From positions 1 through 64,000 of the forward strand of contig JAWLHB010000011.1 in assembly GCA_041690595.1 (NCBI GenBank): a stretch of DNA of 64,000 nucleotides. The letters are read 5' to 3'. The notes under the pieces were generated by a model that saw only the letters and a list, made by a program, of their open reading frames with translations, did no database searches and was not told the DNA's origin. The position numbers and the translations under genes are program-made. Shown in pieces: positions 30,001 to 39,686 of the stretch. Position 1 is the first letter of the stretch. Every line of letters starts with the position of its first letter. This DNA is from Lentisphaeria bacterium. GTDB lineage: Bacteria > Verrucomicrobiota > Lentisphaeria > JABSQK01 > JAWLHB01.

Positions 30001-31365
30001 ATGATAAAGACCCAAGATTACTTTCGCGAACTGGTCATGATGCTCTTCATCCGCAAGTGGATCATCCTCTACATTACCCTGGCCTTTGTCATTGGCGCCT
30101 TGATCGTGGCCTTTGCCTGGCCGCCGGTCTATGAGGCCAGCGGCTCCGTTCTCGTCATGCGGAAGCAGCCCTTGAGTCAACCAACCAGTGTCGACAATGT
30201 GCCGACCGAGCTGACTGACCTCAAAGAGGACGATGTGAGCACGGAGATGCTGCTGATCACCGCGAGGGTGGTTGCCGGCATGACCGCGGACTGGCTCGTC
30301 GACAACGTCGAGAAGTACAAGGGTACGGCAAAAGTGCAGAAGAAAGCGCTTGCCGACCGCATTGCCAGCAACTTGACAGCGCGTCTGGAACCTCGATCGA
30401 AGCTGATCAAGGTGCGTCTCGCATGGGACAATGCGGAAGATGCCGACCTGATTCTGACCACTTATCTCGATCGCTATCTGCAGCATCGATCGAACCTCTA
30501 CAATCCAGCGGAGGCGCTCGATTTCTTCCGGAATCAGTTCCAGGTCTACAACGACGAACTTCGCAAGCGCGAGGATCTGTTGATCAATCTGGCCCAGCAG
30601 GATTTCAGTTCCAATCCCAATGCACAGATCTCCTCGAACCTGATGGTTCAGCAGAACCTGGTGGAGCAGTTGAGCCATCTGAGGGAACGGCGAAACGGCC
30701 TGGCACAACAAGTCCATTTCCTGCGTGAAGCCGTCAGGCAAGGCAATCTCGAGTATTTTTCGACTCTCGACATTGTGCAATTGGGACGTCTTGCCGAGAA
30801 ACTACTTACCCTGACCATCCAGCGGCAGGAACTGCTGACGATCTATACGCCGACCAGCTCGCCTGTTGAGGGGGTCGAACGACAGATAAAGGATACGCGC
30901 GCGACTCTCGAGGGCGAGGTGAACACTTACATCGGCAGCAGGGAAGCCGAGTTGCGCGGCTTGGACGAAAGCATCGTCAGTCTGATCAAGGAACTGAGCG
31001 AGATCGAGAGACGCAACGTGGCGCTTAATCAGAACACCGTAAAGACCAACCGGATTCGGCGTGAGATCGGGTTGCTGGAGGATTCCTATTCGACCTTTGC
31101 GAAGCGTCTTGAAGAAGCTCGCATCAACGAAGAGACACGCTCCGATACGATGTTCAGCGTCTCCATCTCGGATCCGCCCACCGCGCCGCAAGCGCCCGTC
31201 TTTCCCAAGCGGCCCAATGTCATCCTCATCGGGAGTATCCTCGGCTTTGTCGCGGCCTGCATGATAGGATTCATCATCGAGTTCTTCGACCACTCCTTCA
31301 AACGGCCGGAAGATGTGGAGAATTACGCCGGATTGCGTCTGATCTTCTCGATCCGCCACTTCTGA
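30001..31365 (+). CDS. Polysaccharide co-polymerase/chain-length determinant (Wzz/GumC-like)
   Basis: TM1 + PPVYEASGSVLV, coiled-coil periplasmic region, SISDPPTAPQAPVFPKR + TM2 + DHSFKRPEDVE. Confidence 0.9.
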   Translation: MIKTQDYFRELVMMLFIRKWIILYITLAFVIGALIVAFAWPPVYEASGSVLVMRKQPLSQPTSVDNVPTELTDLKEDDVSTEMLLITARVVAGMTADWLVDNVEKYKGTAKVQKKALADRIASNLTARLEPRSKLIKVRLAWDNAEDADLILTTYLDRYLQHRSNLYNPAEALDFFRNQFQVYNDELRKREDLLINLAQQDFSSNPNAQISSNLMVQQNLVEQLSHLRERRNGLAQQVHFLREAVRQGNLEYFSTLDIVQLGRLAEKLLTLTIQRQELLTIYTPTSSPVEGVERQIKDTRATLEGEVNTYIGSREAELRGLDESIVSLIKELSEIERRNVALNQNTVKTNRIRREIGLLEDSYSTFAKRLEEARINEETRSDTMFSVSISDPPTAPQAPVFPKRPNVILIGSILGFVAACMIGFIIEFFDHSFKRPEDVENYAGLRLIFSIRHF

Positions 31366-31380
31366 CCCAGGCGGCTCCCC

Positions 31381-32781
31381 ATGCAGCAGGCTCCCTCAGT
31401 GCCGTGGCAGGCCGAGACGCAGGAACGAGGCCTCTTCGATCACCCGATCATTCAGTTCCTCTTCTTTGCCATTGTCTTCAGCGTCCCCTTTTATCGATGG
31501 CGCCATCTCTCCGCCGATCATGAGTTTCTCAAGGTCGATTGGCTGCTGGTGGTCATTCTCATGCTCCTGATCGGTCCCTATATCCTCGTTCAGCGGCGAT
31601 TCCCGCAACGTCTGCGTAACAACCTCTGGCCATGGATGCTCCTCTTTTTCCTGGTCAACATCGCCTCCAGTCTGCTGACCATCTATCCGGAGGCTATTGT
31701 GAGCGGGCTGCAGAAGCTCTTCTTCGGCTACATCTTCATCGCGCTGACACTGCTGATCGTCGGACGGCGCGGTGTCTACACCATCTTTCCCGTCGTCTTC
31801 TGTACCGCGGTAGTACTTGGCGCCATGCTGGCCATCCTCGGCTATTACCTGCAGGTGGACTGGCTGACCGTGGGGGTTACCACCGGAGTTGGCGAGTCTG
31901 CCATGCGCGGGGCCGGCGGATCCATCGGCGCCAACAATTCAGCCTTGCTCTACCTCTTCTGCATGCCGATTCTGGTCCACTGGATACATCACGGCCGCAA
32001 TCATATCTCCAGGCTGTGGGCAGTCGCCCAGATTGTCATTCTGCTGCTGGGCATGATCGCCACCTTTTCGCGCGGCGGTTTTCTTATCCTCATCTTTGTC
32101 GTGGGACTGATCCTCTTCGAGGAACGCCGCCGCTTTCATCCGCGCCTGCTGGGACCGATGATGGTACTGTTGGGGGCGAGCATCATCGTCGGCACTCTGG
32201 CCGTTCCGGATTCCTTCGTCGATCGGATCAAGTCGCTTTCGCAGGGAACGCAGGCGGACGCGGCGATGAGTCGCAGGGCGGCCTATCTCAAGGTTGGCTG
32301 GCAGATCTTCAAGGAGCATCCGATGTTGGGTACCGGCACGGATACCTTCAAGTACAACTGGTTCGATTCCGACATCTCCCGCTACTACGAGCACGAGATG
32401 CGGTATGCGCACAACACCTATATGGAAGTGCTTGTCGGTTCCGGGATTATCGGCCTGATCCTCTTTCTGGCAATTCTTGTACGTGCCTTGGCCAACTACA
32501 GCCAGTCCATTAGCATCTTTCGTGCCCATGGCGATGAGAAAATGGCCTCACTCGCGACCGCCTATCGGATATCGTTCATCGGCATCATCACCTATCTGCT
32601 GGTCTTGAGCGCTATCGAGCACAAGCTTTTTCTGCTCTCACTGGCGTTTGCCCAGCTTTGCCTTCGGTGCGCCGAAGAAGCCGGTGAATGCAGCGCACCC
32701 GAGGCTCCGCAACCGGCGGATCTCCTTGCCCCCAGTACGGCGTTGCCGTTCAGCACAAACCCGAGCCAGACCGCCAGATGA
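31381..32781 (+). CDS. O-antigen ligase/Wzy-type polymerase, paralogue 1
   Basis: About 11 TM segments, TFSRGGFL, SRRAAYL, HPMLGTGTDTF and AHNTYMEVLVGSGIIG. Confidence 0.88.
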   Translation: MQQAPSVPWQAETQERGLFDHPIIQFLFFAIVFSVPFYRWRHLSADHEFLKVDWLLVVILMLLIGPYILVQRRFPQRLRNNLWPWMLLFFLVNIASSLLTIYPEAIVSGLQKLFFGYIFIALTLLIVGRRGVYTIFPVVFCTAVVLGAMLAILGYYLQVDWLTVGVTTGVGESAMRGAGGSIGANNSALLYLFCMPILVHWIHHGRNHISRLWAVAQIVILLLGMIATFSRGGFLILIFVVGLILFEERRRFHPRLLGPMMVLLGASIIVGTLAVPDSFVDRIKSLSQGTQADAAMSRRAAYLKVGWQIFKEHPMLGTGTDTFKYNWFDSDISRYYEHEMRYAHNTYMEVLVGSGIIGLILFLAILVRALANYSQSISIFRAHGDEKMASLATAYRISFIGIITYLLVLSAIEHKLFLLSLAFAQLCLRCAEEAGECSAPEAPQPADLLAPSTALPFSTNPSQTAR

Positions 32782-34175
32782 CCATGCAGAGATCCATGCT
32801 ATCGCCACCGGCTCAGCAGGTGATTACGACCGATGCGGAAAAGGAACGCCGCAGTTGGAGTGGCCTGCAGCACCCCATGGTGCAGCTGCTCTTTTTCGCG
32901 ATCGTCTTCTGGATCCCCTTCTATCGCTGGCGCCATCTGTCGCAGCAGTATGAGTTTCTGAAAGTGGACTGGCTGCTGGTGTTGGCGCTCTTCGCGATCC
33001 TGGTGCCCTACACTCTGGTGCAGCGCCGCATGCCTTGGCAACTCAGATCCAATCTCAATCTGCTGATGGGAATCTTTCTTTGTGTGAATCTGGCGGCGAG
33101 CCTGCTGTCGCCCTTCCGGATGGAGGCGCTTGGCGGCATGCAGAAGATCGTCTTTGGCTACGTCTTCATCGCCCTGGGATTTCTCATCATCGGTCGTCGG
33201 GGCTTCGAGCGGACCTTCCCCGTGGTCTTGTGCACGTCCGTCAGCCTTTGCGCCATTCTCGCCATCATGGGATTCTACCTGCAGATCGAGATGCTGACGC
33301 TTGGGGTAACGACTGGGATAGACGAGTTTGCCTTGCGGGGCGTGGGCGGCTCCATGGGGGCGAACAATGCGGCCCTCATGTACATCTTCTGCCTGCCCTT
33401 CCTGGTGCACTGGCTTCACTATGGCAGAAGCAAACTGTCCAGATTCTGGGCGGTAGCGCAGATCGGGATCCTGCTGCTTGGGCTGGTCAGTACCTTTTCC
33501 CGAGGCGGCTTCCTGATGCTCGTCTTCATCGGCGTTCTCATCCTTTTGGGAGAGCGCCACCGTTTTCATCCGCGGTTTCTTGGACCTGCCATGGCATTCG
33601 CCTGCGCTTTTGTCATCATCGCGACGATTGCCGTGCCCGATTCCTTTGTCCGTCGGATCCAGTCGCTGGGCAAGGGAACCGAAGCAGATCTGTCGATGAG
33701 TCGCCGCGCTGCCTATCTGCAGGTGGGATGGGATTCCTTCAAGGAGCGTCCCATTCTTGGCAGCGGCACCGATACCTTCCAGTATAACTGGTTTCACTCA
33801 ACAATAGCGAAGTTCTACAAGGGTGAAATGCGCTATGCCCACAACACCTACGTAGAGGTTCTGGTGGGGTCGGGCATCCTTGGTCTGGTGCTCTTTCTGG
33901 CCATTCTCTTCCGCGCCTTTGCCAACTACACGACCGCCCTTCATCTCTTTCGCGCCCGCGGGGATACCCACATGGCCTCGTTGACAACGGCCTACCGCAT
34001 CGCCTTCGTCTGTGTCGTCTGCTATCTGCTCATGCTCAGCGCCATCGAACACAAGCTCTTCCTGCTGGCGATTGCGCTTTCCCAAATCAGTCTCAATCTG
34101 GCAGCGCCCGCCACCTCCGAAAGTGTCTCGGCCGAGGAGCAGAAACGCCAACTGACGGAGGGAGCGGCTGGATGA
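32778..34175 (+). CDS. O-antigen ligase/Wzy-type polymerase, paralogue 2
   Basis: Same motifs as paralogue 1 (TFSRGGFL, RPILGSGTDTF, AHNTYVEVLVGSG). ATGA overlap with the paralogue 1 stop. Confidence 0.88.
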   Translation: MTMQRSMLSPPAQQVITTDAEKERRSWSGLQHPMVQLLFFAIVFWIPFYRWRHLSQQYEFLKVDWLLVLALFAILVPYTLVQRRMPWQLRSNLNLLMGIFLCVNLAASLLSPFRMEALGGMQKIVFGYVFIALGFLIIGRRGFERTFPVVLCTSVSLCAILAIMGFYLQIEMLTLGVTTGIDEFALRGVGGSMGANNAALMYIFCLPFLVHWLHYGRSKLSRFWAVAQIGILLLGLVSTFSRGGFLMLVFIGVLILLGERHRFHPRFLGPAMAFACAFVIIATIAVPDSFVRRIQSLGKGTEADLSMSRRAAYLQVGWDSFKERPILGSGTDTFQYNWFHSTIAKFYKGEMRYAHNTYVEVLVGSGILGLVLFLAILFRAFANYTTALHLFRARGDTHMASLTTAYRIAFVCVVCYLLMLSAIEHKLFLLAIALSQISLNLAAPATSESVSAEEQKRQLTEGAAG

Positions 34176-35359
34176 TGACACTTGTGGCATGCGTTCTCTT
34201 TGTCGCTTCCTGCTTTGGCATCGGCATGGTGCTGGGTGGCTATCCGCTTCTTATCACCATGTGGTCGGCGCTGGTCGGTAGCCGACCGCATGCGCTGCCG
34301 GTCGATATGCCACTGCCCAGCCTCAGCCTCCTCGTCATTGCCCGCAACGCCGAGGGACTGATCCGAGACAAGCTGGACAACTCTCTCGGCCTCGACTATC
34401 CCCGCCATCTGCTGGAGATCATCGTCTGCTCCGATGGTTCGACGGACCGCACCGCGGAGATCATGCGCGAGTACCAGGCGGAGAATCTTCATTGCCTCTG
34501 CTTCGAGGAACATCACGGCAAAATTCATGCGCTCAATGAAGCGGCGCGCACCGCTACGGGAGAGATACTGGTCTTCTCCGATGCCGATGCGCTGCTGGAT
34601 GCCGCGGCGCTGCGAATGCTGGTTCGGCATTTTGCCGACCCGAAGGTGGGCGGCGTGTGCGGGCAACGCCGCATCGCGCGGGACGCCGCGGCGATGTCGT
34701 CTGCCCAGGCGCACTATATCGGACTCGACTCCCGGATCAAATCGATGGAAAGCCGCCTGGGTCGGATATCCGCCAACGATGGCAAGCTGTATGCGCTCCG
34801 CGCCAGTCTGCATCGCCCCATCGCTACGGGGGTCACCGACGACCTTTATGCCTGCCTGTCGGTCGTTCGTCAGGGAGCCTTCTTTCTCTTCGAGCCTGCC
34901 GCGGTAGCCTGGATCAAGGTGCCGTCACGAACGATGCGTCATGAATTTCTGCGGCGACAGCGCATCGTCACGCAGAGCCTGCGCGGCATCTATCTGCACC
35001 GGTCCCTGCTCAATCCCTTTCGCCATGGGCTCTTCGCCATCGGTCTCTTCGTCAACAAGATCCTGCGCCGCCTCTTGCCGGTGATGTTCCTGGTCATTCT
35101 GATGACCACTGGCTATCTGGCGCTGGTCTGGCCCCTCATGGGCTGGTTGCTGCTCCTTCAGATGGTCGGTTATGCCGCCGCCCTTGCAGCTTTGCTGCTA
35201 AGCCCGCATGTGGCGCGATTGCGGCTGGCAAGACCCGTGCGCAAAGTCATCGAGTTGCTCTCCTATTTCTGTGTCGGCAATGCCGGCACCCTCCTGGGCA
35301 TCATTGCCTTTGTGAATGGAGAGACAGTTGAGAAGTGGAACCCGGTAAAAAGCGATTGA
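34172..35359 (+). CDS. GT2 glycosyltransferase with TM helices (PgaC/CESA-like)
   Basis: SDGSTDRT, GKIHALN, FSDAD, TDDL and RRQRIV. Confidence 0.9.
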   Translation: MMTLVACVLFVASCFGIGMVLGGYPLLITMWSALVGSRPHALPVDMPLPSLSLLVIARNAEGLIRDKLDNSLGLDYPRHLLEIIVCSDGSTDRTAEIMREYQAENLHCLCFEEHHGKIHALNEAARTATGEILVFSDADALLDAAALRMLVRHFADPKVGGVCGQRRIARDAAAMSSAQAHYIGLDSRIKSMESRLGRISANDGKLYALRASLHRPIATGVTDDLYACLSVVRQGAFFLFEPAAVAWIKVPSRTMRHEFLRRQRIVTQSLRGIYLHRSLLNPFRHGLFAIGLFVNKILRRLLPVMFLVILMTTGYLALVWPLMGWLLLLQMVGYAAALAALLLSPHVARLRLARPVRKVIELLSYFCVGNAGTLLGIIAFVNGETVEKWNPVKSD

Positions 35360-35378
35360 GTGGAGCATTGAACGTGTC

Positions 35379-36284
35379 ATGAGCGAAACCAGGTGCATCT
35401 TTCTGACGGGCTCGAACCGCAGCGGCACAACGTGGCTGCAGGATATCCTTGCCCATTCCCTGAATTGCCGCCTGCTCTTCGAGCCGCTGCATCCGCGCGT
35501 CTCGGAACGCCCCGACTTTGTCCGTCTCTATCTTACCGCGCGGGATGAGAATCCGGAGCTGGAAGCCTATCTGCATCGGGTCCTCGACAACCGTGTTCAC
35601 GATCGCTGGATGCGGCAGGGCGGCCATGCTTCGCCGTTGTACTTCTTTCGTCACCGTTGGTGGGCGCGCAAGACCGTCGTGAAGCTGGTGCGGGCGAATC
35701 TGATGCTCGACTGGCTGAGCCCGCGCTTCGACGCGCGTATCATCTATCTGATTCGGCATCCCTGCGCCGTCATCTCCTCGATGCGCAAGATGGGGTGGGA
35801 GGAGAGTGTCGGCTGGAGTTTCGATTTCCTGAAGACTCAGGAAGCCTTGATGCGGAATTTTACGGCTGCTCAGCAGGCCCGTATTCTGGATCCGGCTGCC
35901 ACTAACCTGGAGCGCCTGACGATGCTCTGGTGCATCGAAAACATGATCCCGCTCCGCCAGTTCAACCAGAACAACTGGATCGGCGTCGTTTACGAGGAGC
36001 TGGTGGCCAATCCCGTGCCGGAACTCAACCGCATCCATGAGGCGCTGGGGTGGACGCCACCACGCAAAGGCTACCCCGGTGTGCATCGCATCTCCCATAC
36101 CGCCGCCCGCGATACCCGCGATACCCGAGATGTCCTGCACAAGTGGAAGAAGGGACTGACCGAGGAGGAGGCAGAGACCATCCTGCGCCTTGTTGCGGAG
36201 TTTGGCTGCGTTTTGTATAATGACCAGTCAGCCCCTCGCTTTCGTCACCTGGAAGAGTTACCGCGGGAGGTTGGCTGTTGCTGA
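35379..36284 (+). CDS. PAPS-dependent sulfotransferase (Sulfotransfer_1/3 type)
   Basis: 5'-PSB loop FLTGSNRSGTTWL, FEPLHP, 3'-PB IYLIRHPCAVISS, YEELVANP and KWK. Confidence 0.9.
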   Translation: MSETRCIFLTGSNRSGTTWLQDILAHSLNCRLLFEPLHPRVSERPDFVRLYLTARDENPELEAYLHRVLDNRVHDRWMRQGGHASPLYFFRHRWWARKTVVKLVRANLMLDWLSPRFDARIIYLIRHPCAVISSMRKMGWEESVGWSFDFLKTQEALMRNFTAAQQARILDPAATNLERLTMLWCIENMIPLRQFNQNNWIGVVYEELVANPVPELNRIHEALGWTPPRKGYPGVHRISHTAARDTRDTRDVLHKWKKGLTEEEAETILRLVAEFGCVLYNDQSAPRFRHLEELPREVGCC

Positions 36285-36288
36285 TCGT

Positions 36289-37440
36289 ATGAATAGCCCA
36301 CGCGCATTGATAGTCGACATGTCGAAACGTTTTGGAGGATCCAGCGCCCGGGTTCTCGGGCTGCTTAAGAGCCTGCCCGCCGGCTCTGCCGCCTTGGCCT
36401 GCCTGGCTGACTCTCCCCTCTGCCGTGAAGCCGGCGACAGTGGACTTGACGTGCATGTTCTGGGAGAACACAAGTTGGACATCATGCTGCCATTCAGGCT
36501 GAAGCAGATCATTCGCGAGGGGAAGTTTCAGCTCCTCGATACCCAGAATCCGCAGTCCAAGCTTTGGTGCAGCTTGGTCGAGGCGGGTACGGATTGCGCG
36601 CTGGTCTCCACCCTCAACAGCTGGTATGAGCAGGAATACAATGGCTCTCTTCGGGGCAGGCTCTACCAGAACATCGAACGCTGGACCACCTCACGCACGG
36701 ATCTCTTCATTATTGTGGCTGAGGATATTCGCCGGCGGCTTATCGATCAGGGCGCCGATCCGGCGGCCATCACGCTTATCCCAAATGCCGTTGCCGTGGA
36801 TCGTGCGGCCATCGAGGGCGATGGCGCATGGCTGCGCTCCCAATTCGCGCTCCCGGCCGGTGCCAGGGTCTGCGTGGCGGTGGGGCGGTTGGTCTGGGCC
36901 AAGGGCTATCGCCATCTGCTGCACGCCATGGCGGCTCTCACCAACCACGACGTTCATGCCGTGATCGTCGGTGAGGGGCGCGAGGATGAGGCACTGGCGG
37001 AATGCTGCGATGCTCTGGGCCTGCGGGATCGCGTTGTTTTTGCCGGCTACCGGGAGCACGGCGAAGCACTACGGATCATGAAAGCCGCGGATCTGTTTGT
37101 CATGCCCTCCGTAAGCGAAGGCACCCCTATCTCCCTGCTCGAGGCGGCAATGCTGGGTATCCCCATCGTGGCAAGCCGGGTTGGCGGTATCCCTTCTCTC
37201 GTCACCGATGGATGTCACGCCGTGCTGGTGGAGCCGGGGGACGAGATGGCGCTTGCGGCAGCGATCGACCGCGTCTTCGCCGCACCGGAAGCCGCGCGCG
37301 CCATGGCGATGGCCGCCCGGCAGCACGTCGCCGACAGTTTCTCGGCCATGGAGCAGGCACGCGCCACGCAGGCCGCCTACGCTCAGGCGATCGATCGCTC
37401 CCGGCGCCGCAAAGCATCTCCCAGCATGGCGGAGAAGTAG
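36289..37440 (+). CDS. GT4 glycosyltransferase
   Basis: VGRLVWAKG and DLFVMPSVSEGTPISLLEAAMLGIPIVASRVGG. Confidence 0.93.
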   Translation: MNSPRALIVDMSKRFGGSSARVLGLLKSLPAGSAALACLADSPLCREAGDSGLDVHVLGEHKLDIMLPFRLKQIIREGKFQLLDTQNPQSKLWCSLVEAGTDCALVSTLNSWYEQEYNGSLRGRLYQNIERWTTSRTDLFIIVAEDIRRRLIDQGADPAAITLIPNAVAVDRAAIEGDGAWLRSQFALPAGARVCVAVGRLVWAKGYRHLLHAMAALTNHDVHAVIVGEGREDEALAECCDALGLRDRVVFAGYREHGEALRIMKAADLFVMPSVSEGTPISLLEAAMLGIPIVASRVGGIPSLVTDGCHAVLVEPGDEMALAAAIDRVFAAPEAARAMAMAARQHVADSFSAMEQARATQAAYAQAIDRSRRRKASPSMAEK

Positions 37441-37444
37441 CTCC

Positions 37445-38383
37445 ATGACCAAACTTCGCCTCACCATCATCATCCCGACCCTCAATCGTCCTGACGAGCT
37501 GCGCAACTGCATCCAGTCCATTCTCGATCAAACGCTGCTCCCTGATGAGCTTGTCGTCGTGGACGATGGTGAGCTGCCCGAGGTTCCGCTACGGCGCGAA
37601 TGTGAGGCGCGGGGGATGCAGTTGCTTTATCACCGCAAGACGGAGCGCGGGCTGACCGCCTCTCGTAATGTCGGGATCTCCATGGCGACGGGCGATATTC
37701 TTTTCTTTCTCGACGACGATGTCGTCTTGTTTCCAGATTATGTCGAGCAGATTCGGCAAGCGTTCGACAGCCCCGGCCGGGAGGTGACTGGTGTGGGCGG
37801 CACCATTGCCAACCTCGAGCCACGCACACTGAAGCACCGCCTGCGGCACTGGCTCGATGTGATCTTCCTGGTCTCGGGAACGCGTGAGGGGCGGGTGCTT
37901 CCTTCCGGCTTCAGCGTGGACTACGGCAGCACCGGCCGCAACCGCGAGGAGATCTTCGATGTCGACTTTCTGCCCGGTGGCGTCAGCGCCTACAGAAAGG
38001 AACTCTTCGCTCACTTCTCCTTCTCCGAAAAGTATGCCGGTTACGGGATGGGCGAGGACAAGGATTTCTCCTATCGGGTTTCGCGACGCTACCGGCTGGT
38101 GGTGAACCCGCTTGCCCGGCTTTATCACTACGAATCACCCAAAATGCGCTTTGATCGTCACCGCGAGACTCGCGAAATCGTGATGGGGCGTTATCATCTA
38201 TTCAACGACTATGTGAAGCACAACGTGTGGCATTGGCTGCTTTTCTACTATGCGGTCTTCGGCTATCTTCTGGGGAGGCTGCTGATCTGGCTGCTCTCCC
38301 CTGGAAAAAACAACTGGGATCGCGTACGAGGCATCTGTGCGGCTCTGGGCGATATCCTGCGACGGAGAGTTTCCATTGGCTGA
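37445..38383 (+). CDS. GT2 glycosyltransferase
   Basis: IIIPTLNRPDEL, VVVDDG, FFLDDD and GEDKDFSYR. Confidence 0.92.
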   Translation: MTKLRLTIIIPTLNRPDELRNCIQSILDQTLLPDELVVVDDGELPEVPLRRECEARGMQLLYHRKTERGLTASRNVGISMATGDILFFLDDDVVLFPDYVEQIRQAFDSPGREVTGVGGTIANLEPRTLKHRLRHWLDVIFLVSGTREGRVLPSGFSVDYGSTGRNREEIFDVDFLPGGVSAYRKELFAHFSFSEKYAGYGMGEDKDFSYRVSRRYRLVVNPLARLYHYESPKMRFDRHRETREIVMGRYHLFNDYVKHNVWHWLLFYYAVFGYLLGRLLIWLLSPGKNNWDRVRGICAALGDILRRRVSIG

Positions 38384-39659
38384 CTCTAACATTCATCCGC
38401 TTCTTGCCAGCTGCCTTGCCTTACTGGCGGCAGGCACCTGTCTTTGTGGGTGCGGTCCGGGTGCGACGGCCAAGGGCGAGGAGAGCCTGTCGGCAATTAA
38501 GCTTGAGAACTGGAAACCGGCATCTCCGGACGAAGTGCGCCCCTACACGGACGATAGTCCCTGGAACCTGCCGATCGGCCCCAATCCACGGTACGAGCCC
38601 ACCGGTCATCACTACATCTCGCAGCTTCATGGCATCTTCGGAGCCAATCCCAACAAGTATGCCTCGCCAGTCTACATCGTCTCGGCGGAGACTCCATTGC
38701 GGGAGGTTTCCCTTTCGGGGTGGTGGTCGAACGTCGTCGACGATGGTGAACGGCTCATCGTAACGAGACGCGGAGTCGTTTCGATACCGATTCCCGATGG
38801 AGCATTGCCGGCAGCCGGCAAAGACTCGAACATCATTCTCTGGAATCCGGAGAGCGGCGATGAATGGGGCTTCTGGCAGGCTGAGCCGGGACCCGACGGC
38901 AAATGGTTGGCACGCAACGGATATCACTACAACACGAAATGGAGCGGTGTTCCTCCGGAAGGCTTTGTGAGCGGCGGCGCCGGGAGTCCCTACCTCACTG
39001 GCCTGGTGCGTCCGTGGGAACTGCGGCGGGGCAGAATCGACCACGCCATCGGTTTTGCCGTGAACTATCCAAGCTCTTTCTTCATCTATCCGGCAACGAA
39101 GAGCGACGGGAGCGCGATGCCGCCAGCGTTGCCCGAGGGTGCCCGTCTCCAACTCGATCCAGCCTTGACGGAGCAGGACTTCGACCGCTGGGGGCTCAGC
39201 CGCGAAGGCAAAGTCATTGCGCGAGCCCTCCAGGAATACGGCATGATCCTGACCGACGGGAGCGGCCATCCCAAGCTTTCCATCGAATACGAAGGCACGG
39301 CGAAATGGGGATCGCTGCTGGACAAAGACATCGTGCGCAGGATCCCGTACAGCGCCTTCAAGTTGCTGAGCCTCGATGCGCCGGCTCGTCCGGATGCACC
39401 CGGTAATCTGGTCGGGGAGTTGACGCGCGAGGGCATTCGCCTCAACTGGCAGCCTGTAGCCTCGGCAAATCGCTACCGGGTTCAACGGCGCCCGCCATCC
39501 GGTGACTTTTTTACCTGTGCCGACAATGTCGTCGGCACGACCTGGCTCGACACCACGCTGGAATCGAATACGGGCTACGAGTACCGGGTGCTGGCAGTCA
39601 ATCATAATGGCCTGAGCGAGCCATCCCGCTCAGTCGCCATCGCTTTTCAAGTCGAGTGA
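38376..39659 (+). CDS. Uncharacterised lipoprotein with C-terminal fibronectin type III domain
   Basis: TTG start after GGAGAG, lipobox LCG-C, Trp/Gly-rich core (PYTDDSPWNLPIG, IDHAIGF, ARALQEYGMILTD), FN3 (PGNL..IRLNW..Y.YRVLAVNHNGLSEPS). Confidence 0.75.
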   Translation: MADSNIHPLLASCLALLAAGTCLCGCGPGATAKGEESLSAIKLENWKPASPDEVRPYTDDSPWNLPIGPNPRYEPTGHHYISQLHGIFGANPNKYASPVYIVSAETPLREVSLSGWWSNVVDDGERLIVTRRGVVSIPIPDGALPAAGKDSNIILWNPESGDEWGFWQAEPGPDGKWLARNGYHYNTKWSGVPPEGFVSGGAGSPYLTGLVRPWELRRGRIDHAIGFAVNYPSSFFIYPATKSDGSAMPPALPEGARLQLDPALTEQDFDRWGLSREGKVIARALQEYGMILTDGSGHPKLSIEYEGTAKWGSLLDKDIVRRIPYSAFKLLSLDAPARPDAPGNLVGELTREGIRLNWQPVASANRYRVQRRPPSGDFFTCADNVVGTTWLDTTLESNTGYEYRVLAVNHNGLSEPSRSVAIAFQVE

Positions 39660-39686
39660 ACATGGTGGACACAGGGGGATCGTCAG

